Source: Proteromonas lacertae
Taxonomy: Eukaryota
Direction of reading: 5' to 3'
DNA length: 64,000 nt
Assembly (NCBI GenBank): GCA_002245135.1
Contig: NGBS01000025.1
Span: forward strand, 1-64,000
In this document: positions 55,242-64,000 of the stretch, one piece after another
Layout of the letters: every line of letters begins with the position of its first letter
How positions within the stretch are numbered: the first letter of the stretch is position 1
The notes under the pieces: model-generated
What the model was told of the DNA's origin: nothing
Seen by the model: the letters and a program-made list of their open reading frames with translations, nothing else
Databases searched by the model: none
Translations under genes and position numbers: made by a program

Positions 55242-57077
55242 ATGAATTTTAGAAATGATTTACAGTGTGTTAGATTTTTTGCTATGCTTTTTGTTTTCTA
55301 TTTTCATAAAAAGAATAAATATTTTAAAGGAGGATTTATAGGTGTTGATATATTCTTTACTTTATCAGGATATTTTATAACAGGAAGTTTAATAAGAAAA
55401 ATAAAAGAAAGAAAGTATTATGCACTATTCTATCGAGGTAGAATACTTCGTTTACAACCTATGTCAAACTTAATGTTGTTTTTAATATATATTATATCTA
55501 TATCAAATCCATATATTTCTTATAAAAGAGCAAAAGAGATATTATCTTGTTTGTATTCATATGCTAATTATTACTATTATTACATATCAGTTAATTATTT
55601 AGAACAATCAATTTCGCTTAATTCTACTCCTTTATTACATTATTGGTCCTTATCTATTGAGAATCAGTTTTATTTAATATGGCCAATTGTGATTAGATTA
55701 TTATCTAATAAATATTTAAATTATTCTCTGCTTATACTGTTCAGTATTGCTTTCATGTTTTCTTTGTTAATAAGCCATAAAAGAATAAGTTATTCATATT
55801 ATTCATTTGAAGTTAGATTTTGTGAATTGGTATTTGGATCATATTTAACTATAGCACATAAAATAAATATAGTAGAGCGTCATTTTTTATATGATTTTTT
55901 TATAATCACCATGTGGATAATAAGTAGTTATATATGTTCGCTTGGTAATTATCCTAACTACAGAATGATTTTTCCTTTAGCAACCTCTTTCTTAATGTTA
56001 TATCAAGATCCTAAGAGTTATTCGTTATTTTCAGTAAGATTATTCCAATATTTAGGGTCTATATCTTATTCATTTTATATAATACATTATCCAATAATTA
56101 GTAAATACCCACAAGTCACTCTATACATTGTAATAATAATGAGTATTTCCTGCTTTTATTTAATTGAAGATAATTTTGTGAATTTAAAGATATCTTTGTA
56201 TAAAACATTTTCCTTTAGCTTATTGAGTATTATTTTTATTACATTTCTTCAATATAAATCTATTAAATATTTTCAAAAAAGAAATTATAATTCCGTTAAC
56301 TGTACTAATGCTTTTCCAGCAGATGATAAATTCATTTCAGAATGTATATTTATTAATACTAAACATAAAATACAAAGAATGGATAGAACGTATATTCTTT
56401 TGGTAGGAGATTCACATTTGAGACAGTGGAATGAAATATTGTTACCTATATATAAATCTACAGGTTTGTTTGTTGTATTTATTATATTTTGGATTAATTA
56501 TTTTTTAAATGACAACTATTTGATAATGAAAAGAGTTGTAAGTATATTAGGAAATCCATATTATACTTATGAATCTTTTTATTCAAACCCCAAATATAGG
56601 AATATTGTTTTTCTAAAGAATTACATATTATTTAATTATTATCTAGCTAATATCTCAATAAAAGTGATTATAATAGTTGATAATCCTTCATTAAATTATA
56701 ATCCTCACATATATTATACAACAAATGAAAACAATTCAAACTTATTTTGTATAATAAATATAAATTGCACAACAGATATACAACCAATTATTAATGTAAA
56801 TAATATAGCGTATATAAATCTTACATCTCATTATTGTTCAAACAATAAATGTTATATGTTTAAAGATGGATATAGAATATATTCTGATTCTCATCATTTA
56901 ACTAATTGTTTTGTAAATATACTTAAACAAAATCTATATAAACAACTAATGTTTTTAGACAAAAGCATTTATATTACTAAGATTGATAACATTTCTTATT
57001 GCTACATACAATATGATTCATTATATAAAAAGTTTTCACATTCCATAAATGAAAAATTGTCATATGTGAAAGTATAA
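55242..57077 (+). CDS. OafA/YrhL-type O-acyltransferase (Acyltransferase_3 + SGNH), second paralog, intronless
   Basis: RNDLQCVRFFAML, GGFIGVDIFFTLSGYFIT, PLLHYWSLSIENQFYLIWP, VGDSH, DSHHLT. Confidence 0.92.
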   Translation: MNFRNDLQCVRFFAMLFVFYFHKKNKYFKGGFIGVDIFFTLSGYFITGSLIRKIKERKYYALFYRGRILRLQPMSNLMLFLIYIISISNPYISYKRAKEILSCLYSYANYYYYYISVNYLEQSISLNSTPLLHYWSLSIENQFYLIWPIVIRLLSNKYLNYSLLILFSIAFMFSLLISHKRISYSYYSFEVRFCELVFGSYLTIAHKINIVERHFLYDFFIITMWIISSYICSLGNYPNYRMIFPLATSFLMLYQDPKSYSLFSVRLFQYLGSISYSFYIIHYPIISKYPQVTLYIVIIMSISCFYLIEDNFVNLKISLYKTFSFSLLSIIFITFLQYKSIKYFQKRNYNSVNCTNAFPADDKFISECIFINTKHKIQRMDRTYILLVGDSHLRQWNEILLPIYKSTGLFVVFIIFWINYFLNDNYLIMKRVVSILGNPYYTYESFYSNPKYRNIVFLKNYILFNYYLANISIKVIIIVDNPSLNYNPHIYYTTNENNSNLFCIININCTTDIQPIINVNNIAYINLTSHYCSNNKCYMFKDGYRIYSDSHHLTNCFVNILKQNLYKQLMFLDKSIYITKIDNISYCYIQYDSLYKKFSHSINEKLSYVKV

Positions 57078-57096
57078 TCAACAATAGAAATTATTA

Positions 57097-57312
57097 TTGT
57101 ATATGTAATAATTCTTTTGATATACTAATATCATATTTTAAATATTTACAAGAAGATGAAATATCAAGTTGTGTAACTCTTGTAAACCAAACATAACTAT
57201 CCTTTTTATCATTGTTTATTATTTCATCAATATCACTATTAATTATGTGTCTGCTATTGTTATAACTTCTGTATATACAATCATTAATTTTTAAAATCTT
57301 TCCAAAATATTC
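57097..57312 (-). pseudogene. GT92/DUF23-like glycosyltransferase relic
   Basis: The minus frame reads EYFGKILKINDCIYRSYNNSRHIINSDIDEII, the NDC.YR...DxDE pattern of GT92; stops immediately upstream. Confidence 0.5.
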
Positions 57313-57585
57313 TTATCACATATTGCAATGTAACTAATAATCTTATTTGAAAAAGTGTGTCTGCTGAGTATGGAATGAAATATTATCTTAATCTATGCAA
57401 TAAATTTTTGTTTAATAAAACTTTTGAATTGTTTCTTTTTGTTACACAGAATAATCAATTATTTCGTGATTAGTCACATAATATCTATAATGTAGTGCTA
57501 TATAAAAACAAAATAATAGTATATTAAAAATATATAAATTCATTATATTGTAAATATAAAGGTAAAAAATCTTTAAGAAATTCAA

Positions 57586-58395
57586 ATGACTAATGAATTA
57601 ATGTTATATTCAATTATTTTTATTATTATGATACATATATATATAAAGTCTAATACTTATTATACAAAAGATTGTATATCATTAATATTACCTTCAACTG
57701 AAAATGACTTTTTAAAATGTTATAAACAATTCTTTTATTTTCGTAAAAGTTTACTCATAGCAAAAGAAGTTATAATTGTAGTTAGTTCTGTTACAAATTC
57801 TACTAAAATAAAAGAAATTATAAAAAATATATCTTATAAAGGTAAGATAGTTCTAGGTATTAGAAAAAATAATCATAATGCAGCTTCAAATAGAAATTAT
57901 GGATTTGAACTGAGCAAGTGTGAAATTATTTCTTTTTTTGACATGGATGATATAATGTCAATAAATAGATTGTCTATATTGCAAAATGTATTCATAACTG
58001 ATGAAAGAACAGAATTTATTTTACACAAATATACATACATATGTAATAATATTAATAATAATATAAACCCTAAATATTCTATACATTACAGATATAATTT
58101 CTCTTTTCAATATATACATAATTCTTATAAATATAGTAAATTTAATGGAAAACATGGAGTTTGGTGTTGTTACTATATAAAAGAAATAAGTCAAGAACTA
58201 ATTCATAATGGATGGCCTACAATGCGAAGGTATGTTATGGAAAGAATAAAGTATAATGAGAAGGAAAATGTTGGTGAAGATTCTAATTTTAATGCAAGAG
58301 TAATATTAAGTGGTTATAATGTATCTATTCTGAATATTAATTTGGGATATTATATTAAGAGAAATTTATGCTTATTCTATCAGAAATGTTACTAG
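57586..58395 (+). CDS. GT2/GT-A glycosyltransferase with signal anchor, intronless
   Basis: EVIIVVS, NAASNRNYG..SKCEIISFFDMDDIM, GEDSNF. Confidence 0.8.
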   Translation: MTNELMLYSIIFIIMIHIYIKSNTYYTKDCISLILPSTENDFLKCYKQFFYFRKSLLIAKEVIIVVSSVTNSTKIKEIIKNISYKGKIVLGIRKNNHNAASNRNYGFELSKCEIISFFDMDDIMSINRLSILQNVFITDERTEFILHKYTYICNNINNNINPKYSIHYRYNFSFQYIHNSYKYSKFNGKHGVWCCYYIKEISQELIHNGWPTMRRYVMERIKYNEKENVGEDSNFNARVILSGYNVSILNINLGYYIKRNLCLFYQKCY

Positions 58396-58430
58396 ATTTA
58401 GTTTTTGAATAAATTAAAGAATACTAAATA

Positions 58431-59453
58431 TTATAAATGCTTTAGCATATTGGATAAAGAAAATCTACAGTTTGAGTAATTCATTACCTTTTCTGATAAT
58501 ATAAGAGGATTGAATGTAATGTTCAGTATGTAATTTAAAATATCAAAAGAACCTGATATATTTGTATCTAGTTCTTTTAAAAAACTTCCATAACCTTCAT
58601 CTATAAATTCTATCTGATGAGATATAGGCCAAACGCCCATCAGTTTCATTTCAACCAATGATAGCGCACCAGTATCATAAAAAGAAAAATATATGACAAA
58701 TTTTGACTTATTAGCTAAATTCATTAGCTTTTGTTTTGAATGACTTCCATATCTTAAAATTTCTATTTTGTAATTCTTTTCCCTTAAGTAATTTACTAAT
58801 ACTCTTTCATCATTTACTTTGGATTGATCTGCGTATTTTATATATATTAATACATCTATAGATCTTTGATTATAACCATTTATTTTAAGTATTTCTTTAT
58901 TTATTTCAATACATGGCTTTAATAGTAGATATTTAAAGTTGTAGAATTTACATTTTGTGTAATGTTTTATATGATTTTTAACTCTGTTTGAATGAACAAT
59001 ATATGCTTTTATTCTTTTCATTATAATACACCAATACATTTCATAAGTATTATTTATAGGACTATTAAACCATTTTATAGGAGTAACAATTGGTCCATAT
59101 AATATTCTCCTAAACATCTTTCGATAAGAATTATTATTAATTTGAGTAATAAAGTAAGGTAATTCTAGCCATATAAATGTATTTTTATTATTTATCAATT
59201 TTAGGATTACATCTATAGATATTGTTTCTTTATGAAATAAAATGGCTATCTGAGTTAAAATTTTGTCTTTATTCCATTTATATATTGCATATTTTATATA
59301 TCTTGATAGAGAAGAAGGACCTCCTCTTCCTTTACTTGGAAATACGACATATAAATATATTTTATTTCTCTTTCTTTTATATAAAATATATAGCATAAGA
59401 GATATAAACAGAAATTTATTTAAATTCCAACTTCTATTATAAATATCTTTCAT
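58431..59453 (-). CDS. Putative GT-B fold (GT4-like) glycosyltransferase with signal anchor, intronless
   Basis: GRGGPSS, ILYGP, LANKSKFVIYFSFYDTGALSLVEMKLMGV (variant of the EX7E motif). Confidence 0.65.
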   Translation of the reverse strand: MKDIYNRSWNLNKFLFISLMLYILYKRKRNKIYLYVVFPSKGRGGPSSLSRYIKYAIYKWNKDKILTQIAILFHKETISIDVILKLINNKNTFIWLELPYFITQINNNSYRKMFRRILYGPIVTPIKWFNSPINNTYEMYWCIIMKRIKAYIVHSNRVKNHIKHYTKCKFYNFKYLLLKPCIEINKEILKINGYNQRSIDVLIYIKYADQSKVNDERVLVNYLREKNYKIEILRYGSHSKQKLMNLANKSKFVIYFSFYDTGALSLVEMKLMGVWPISHQIEFIDEGYGSFLKELDTNISGSFDILNYILNITFNPLILSEKVMNYSNCRFSLSNMLKHL

Positions 59454-59586
59454 TTATTAATATTTATAATTAACAGATTGTAAGATTGACATTAATCTAA
59501 GATAAAAACTATTCTATATTAATACTAAAATGATCTACAAAAATGATATTAATATAGAATAATTTCTTTATATATCAAACTCTAAA

Positions 59587-59811
59587 TTGGAAATCATATA
59601 TAAAGATTTATTATCTTCATTTTGTGGTTATTCTAATATTCATTTTTATCAAAAGTCAATAGATTACTTTGGAGATCCATTAAATCAATCATTAAATCTT
59701 CATTACTGGTATTATTGCTTACAAGAACAATATTATCTTTTGTTTGCAGTATTTATATTACAAAGAAATAATAATGTACAATATATTGTAGAATTTACAT
59801 TATTTCTATAA
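59587..59811 (+). pseudogene. Third OafA-type acyltransferase, internal fragment
   Basis: DLLSSFCGYSNIHFYQKSIDYF..LNLHYWYYCLQEQYYLL aligns with DAIACL..ANYYFYFNKIDYF..PLLHYWSLSLEEQFYLI of 3848-5635. Confidence 0.75.
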
Positions 59812-59905
59812 TCAATGTTGTTTATATTTAAATAAAAGAATTCAAGATTAATTCCTTCATCTTAATTATATTTGTCTTTTATAATGTAAAGGTAGTATAT
59901 AATTT

Positions 59906-60616
59906 ATGTTTGCTAAAAATCTATTAATTCTTTTAGTTATTCTATTATTTTTAAGTATTTGTAGTAGAAATGAATTTAAGATATTAAAAAGGTCATATAT
60001 AAAAAATGTATCTGAAAAAATAAAAAGGAGAGAAGATTTAGGAAGTTGGCTTGAAGAAGAAAAATTTGAAAGTGGAATAGAAATAGGTGTACAGAATGGA
60101 TATTTTTCTAATGTTTTAATTAGAAAATGGAAATCATGTAAATTATTCATAATGGTAGATCCATGGTCGAAACAGAATTTCTATGATGATGCAGCAAATG
60201 TTGATGATTCTCAACAAAATCATTCTTTTCAAAATGCAATAGATGTAGTTAAAAAATATTCAAAAAATGTAGAATTTGTAATTCTCAAAACTACCAGTGA
60301 AAAAGCAGTAATTTATTTAAACAATCAGCAATACGATTTCATTTATTTAGATGGAAGACATGATTATAATAGTGTAAAGAATGATATAAAATATTACTAT
60401 CCTTTAGTTAGACCAGGTGGAATATTAGCAGGACATGATTATCAAGATGAAAATGGAAATGAGTGGAAAATGGATAAATATGGTAATGTTAATAATAATA
60501 AAAAAGCAGTAAAAGCAGCAGTTGATGATTTTGCATCTGATAATAAATTAAATATAATTACAACAAATGAAAGGAATTACAAAACGTGGATGATTAGAAA
60601 ACCTATATATATTTAA
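59906..60616 (+). CDS. Class I SAM methyltransferase (Methyltransf_24-like) with signal anchor, intronless
   Basis: GIEIGVQNGYFS, MVDPW, DFIYLDGRHDY..VKNDI..LVRPGGILAGHDY, VKAAVDDF. Confidence 0.88.
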   Translation: MFAKNLLILLVILLFLSICSRNEFKILKRSYIKNVSEKIKRREDLGSWLEEEKFESGIEIGVQNGYFSNVLIRKWKSCKLFIMVDPWSKQNFYDDAANVDDSQQNHSFQNAIDVVKKYSKNVEFVILKTTSEKAVIYLNNQQYDFIYLDGRHDYNSVKNDIKYYYPLVRPGGILAGHDYQDENGNEWKMDKYGNVNNNKKAVKAAVDDFASDNKLNIITTNERNYKTWMIRKPIYI

Positions 60617-60684
60617 AATAAATTACATAATCAGATATCTTATTATTGGGTGATTCATATAATATGACGTGAATAAAATACATA

Positions 60685-60954
60685 TAAATTTAATAACAGC
60701 TTATTTAAAAAGGAAATAAAAAAGTAGGCTTGAGTGAAGTTTGAATTCATTTTTTCATATATTCATATCAAATAATGTATTTTAGACTGTAGTAGTGACT
60801 GATACATTAAAATAGAAAAAATAAGAAAATTAGTTTAATATTGATAATAATGAAGTTCATAAAAAAGTATATCACAGATGTAGGTCATATGACAATCTAA
60901 CTATATATTTGTTAATAACTAACTCGGAACATCATAAATATCATATTAGTTTTG
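60685..60954 (+). mobile_element. Repeat family A partial copy
   Basis: Direct, closely matching copy of 42003-42310 (AACAGCTTATTTAAAAAGGAAATAAAAAAGTAGGCTTGA..CACAGATG.AGGTCATATGACAA). Confidence 0.85.
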
Positions 60955-61660
60955 ATTGAATCATTCTGCAATGTAGAGTTCAGACATACGGGGATTTCCG
61001 CTATAGGGGAAGAACAATTTCATCCAACAAAGATGATTATCACTTTTACCATCACTTTTAAACAAAAAACAAATTTTTTGACTCAAAGAACTAATACGAA
61101 CGTCAAGCTCAAATTTGTAGTTTTATATATTCTCATATAATTTCATCTAATAAATACACATTTAAAGAGAATTTTATATACATAATTTTTATTACAGTAT
61201 ATAATTATACATTAATAAAATATTACTATCTTATCTTTTTACTTCTTTATATATATGCATAATGTTTATATATTTAAATAAACCATTTTCGTTGTTTAGA
61301 TAATCCTATAATATCAATTAATAATAATAGATTAACCCATAAGATGATTTTTATGTTTAATATGCAATTATGCTTTGTATGTGCTTGTTGAAAGACCTTT
61401 TGTTATAGTATTAATCTTTACATAATATCCTAATTTAATAAAATATATTTGTTATGTTATGATGCTATAATTAATTCAAATAGAATCAATAATATTCTCA
61501 ATTCAAGAATATGCTAAGAAGTATAAATAGTGTATAATAATAGTGAATTTGTATGTCTGAAAAAGATTTACATTATCAACAATGTAAAAACTGTAAATAA
61601 TGTATTGAGTTCGAAATTGGTAGTTATTACTTTATAATTTGAATATTTATAATTAAATAA

Positions 61661-62488
61661 ATGAAAAAATTTAAAAGTATATATGATTTAATAGGATGTG
61701 TAGTATTTATTATAATTATATTAAGTTATATAACTTCAACTTTTAAATATCTATCAGTTATATTATTTAGAGTATCATTACCTACTTATAATCAATTATG
61801 TAGAATTGTAATATATAAAAGACAATTGCCAATTACTTATAAAGTTGTAATTTTAACTGATTCAATTATAAATAATAGTATTTCTATTGATACTTTCTTT
61901 GTTGATCGAAAAGAAGTTATAAATAAATACCCAGAAATAAAAAGAATGGGTGGTGGTTGTAAAAATAAATCTGATTCTTTTTATATGTGGTTGTTGCATT
62001 CTGAACATTATTTATTGTGGGATAATATATATCATTTAAAATACAAATATTTATGGGTATTTGATCAGGATGTAATTTATACAGGAAATATCTATAACTT
62101 CTTTAAAAAATATGATAAATATAATGATGATTTAATAACATATCATTACACTCCATATTATTCAAAAGGATGGCATGATTGTGTCACAGAAGAATATAGA
62201 AAAAGCAGATCAAATATGACATATTATGTCGCTACTCATTTTCATAGACTATCCAAAAACTTGATAAATGCATTAAAAATGGAATTTAAACTTAAAAGAC
62301 ATGCTCAAGTTGAACAAATGATAATAGAAACTGCTTTATATTATAATTTAAGTATTAAAAAAATGGATAAAATAGATTATGATAAAAAAAGAGGTTTTGG
62401 AAAATGTATATATACTAAAAAAGAGTATGATAATCTAATAAATGAAAATTCTACAAAAAATATAATATATCATCCTGTGAGATACTAA
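61661..62488 (+). CDS. DUF3405-like putative glycosyltransferase (DxD) with signal anchor, intronless
   Basis: YKYLWVFDQDVIYTGN, HRLSKNLI, HAQVEQ, IYHPVRY. Confidence 0.55.
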   Translation: MKKFKSIYDLIGCVVFIIIILSYITSTFKYLSVILFRVSLPTYNQLCRIVIYKRQLPITYKVVILTDSIINNSISIDTFFVDRKEVINKYPEIKRMGGGCKNKSDSFYMWLLHSEHYLLWDNIYHLKYKYLWVFDQDVIYTGNIYNFFKKYDKYNDDLITYHYTPYYSKGWHDCVTEEYRKSRSNMTYYVATHFHRLSKNLINALKMEFKLKRHAQVEQMIIETALYYNLSIKKMDKIDYDKKRGFGKCIYTKKEYDNLINENSTKNIIYHPVRY

Positions 62489-64000
62489 TGCTATTCTCCG
62501 ATTTTGTTTTATATTATTATGGTTACTATTTACTATTATGCTGCAATCAGAAAAGAATAATTGATGAGGCAAAAACTAACAATAGTATTAATAATTAATA
62601 TATTCTAGATTTAAAAGCTATATGTTTTTCAATTATATATTATAATCAGCTATTAGAAGATGGAATAAAAGAATATATAAAAAGATCTAAAAGAACATTA
62701 CACAAATATAAAACCTTAAACTGTTTTAAGATAAATCACATATCACATCCTCAAAGTATTAACATATCTTATTTGGATAATTCATTTATAAAGAATGAAA
62801 AAATTGGCGTGGATAACATACAAAAATGTGGATTTGTCCTAGTTGCAGGTGGATTAGGTGAGAGACTGAATTTAGATTCAATTAAAGTACATATTTATAT
62901 AATATATTTTTAGTTATCTTTAAATGTAGATCAAATCAGTGGATTATCGTATTTGAACCTATATTTTAATTATATAAAATCATATCAAACAAGTAAAAAA
63001 TTTTCAGCACATGTATGTATAATGACTTCACAGTCTACTGATAAAAGTATTAAACATTATCTTGAAGAAAATAAATACTTTGGTTTAAATAAAAATGACA
63101 TAATTACAATTCAACAAATAAATGTCCCTTCATTTCGTGATGAAGATTGTAACTTACTATATGATAATTACAAAATTGTTACTAAACCTCATGGACATGG
63201 TGATATTCATTATCTATTGTACTCTGTATATAAATATTTATATTGTAGAAAGGAGTGTTAGATATATGGAAAGCAAAAAGTTTAGATTATATAGTCATTT
63301 TTCAAGACACAAATTCACTAGCATTTGAAGCAATTCCTGTTTTAATAGGAAGTACTATAGATAATGGTGTAGATGTTAACTATTTAACTACAGAAAGATT
63401 TAAAGGAGAAAAAGCATCAATTCTATGTTCTTGTAAAGAAGAAGGTAAATATTATAATGTAAGAGCAATAGATTATTCTCTTTTACCAAAACTATTTGGA
63501 GAAGATATAAATAATTGTAATAAATCAGAATCTCAATATCCAGCTGTAACAAATATAATATGCTTTAAATTAAGCTTATATTATGATACATTAAAAAATC
63601 GAAAGATATCACTTCCAGAATACATATTATCTAAAGATTTTAAATCATTCAGACTTGAAACAATTCTGCAAGATTATATATTACTTACTGATAATAATTC
63701 GAAAAATATTAGTCTAAGTCTACCAAGATGGTTATGTTTCAATCCAGTAAAAGAAATGTCTAACTATTCTGATTTTTATACACCAGATAGCGGAGAGAAT
63801 AATATATATATTAAAAATTGTAAGAAATTATCTCAATTAGGATGGAAAATAGGAGAAGAATGTGCTATTATTATAGATCCTTTAATTAGTAATACAACAG
63901 ATAGAATTGTTGAGCATTTTAAAGGAAATATAGTAATTGGAAATAATTCTAAGCTTGTTATAAGCGGAAATGTTTATATAAACAATTTGCGCTTACAAGG
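62488..64000 (+). CDS. UDP-sugar pyrophosphorylase (USP-like), divergent; runs off the window end
   Basis: GFVLVAGGLGERL, IMTS, LEENKYFGL, QQINVP, TKPHGHGDIHYLL, FQDTN, RLETILQD, FNPVK; introns 62585-62608, 62887-62913 and 63226-63248. Confidence 0.88.

Noticed and set aside
60952..61640. Small ORF and possible coding relic between Methyltransf_24 and the DUF3405-like gene
   Set aside because: No recognisable motif; too degraded to call
1..64000. CRISPR arrays, rRNA, tRNA, telomeric repeats, and stop codons created by polyadenylation
   Set aside because: None recognisable. All complete genes have genomic stop codons, although TGTTT-rich tracts follow several of them.

Overview
Very AT-rich eukaryotic DNA with tiny GT-AG introns (mostly 23-45 nt) and the standard genetic code. 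The gene content (He_PIG-type Ig surface protein, BTB-LRR giant, EML5/6-like protein, PA14/FN3/filamin giant) suggests a Blastocystis-like stramenopile protist; this taxonomy is inference only. A central block (9-52 kb) holds ordinary intron-containing genes: a repeat surface protein, an EML-like protein, adenylosuccinate synthetase, a TAZ-CW-ARID chromatin protein, a BRCT protein, BTB/BACK-LRR and a PA14/FN3/filamin protein. It also holds two head-to-head inverted gene duplications. Two transposon-littered islands flank it (about 2-9 kb and 52.5-64 kb). They are packed with mostly intronless, signal-anchored glycan-building and glycan-decorating enzymes: OafA-type acyltransferase-SGNH x2 plus a relic, TylF, FkbM and Methyltransf_24 methyltransferases, GT2, GT31, GT-B, a GT92 relic, DUF3431, a DUF3405-like protein, and a divergent UDP-sugar pyrophosphorylase. 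They resemble a eukaryotic counterpart of a bacterial capsule/O-antigen locus undergoing birth-and-death turnover. Both islands share the same hAT element family and a TGTTGT..ACAACA-ended fold-back repeat family. All family assignments come from motif recognition by eye; no database search was run.
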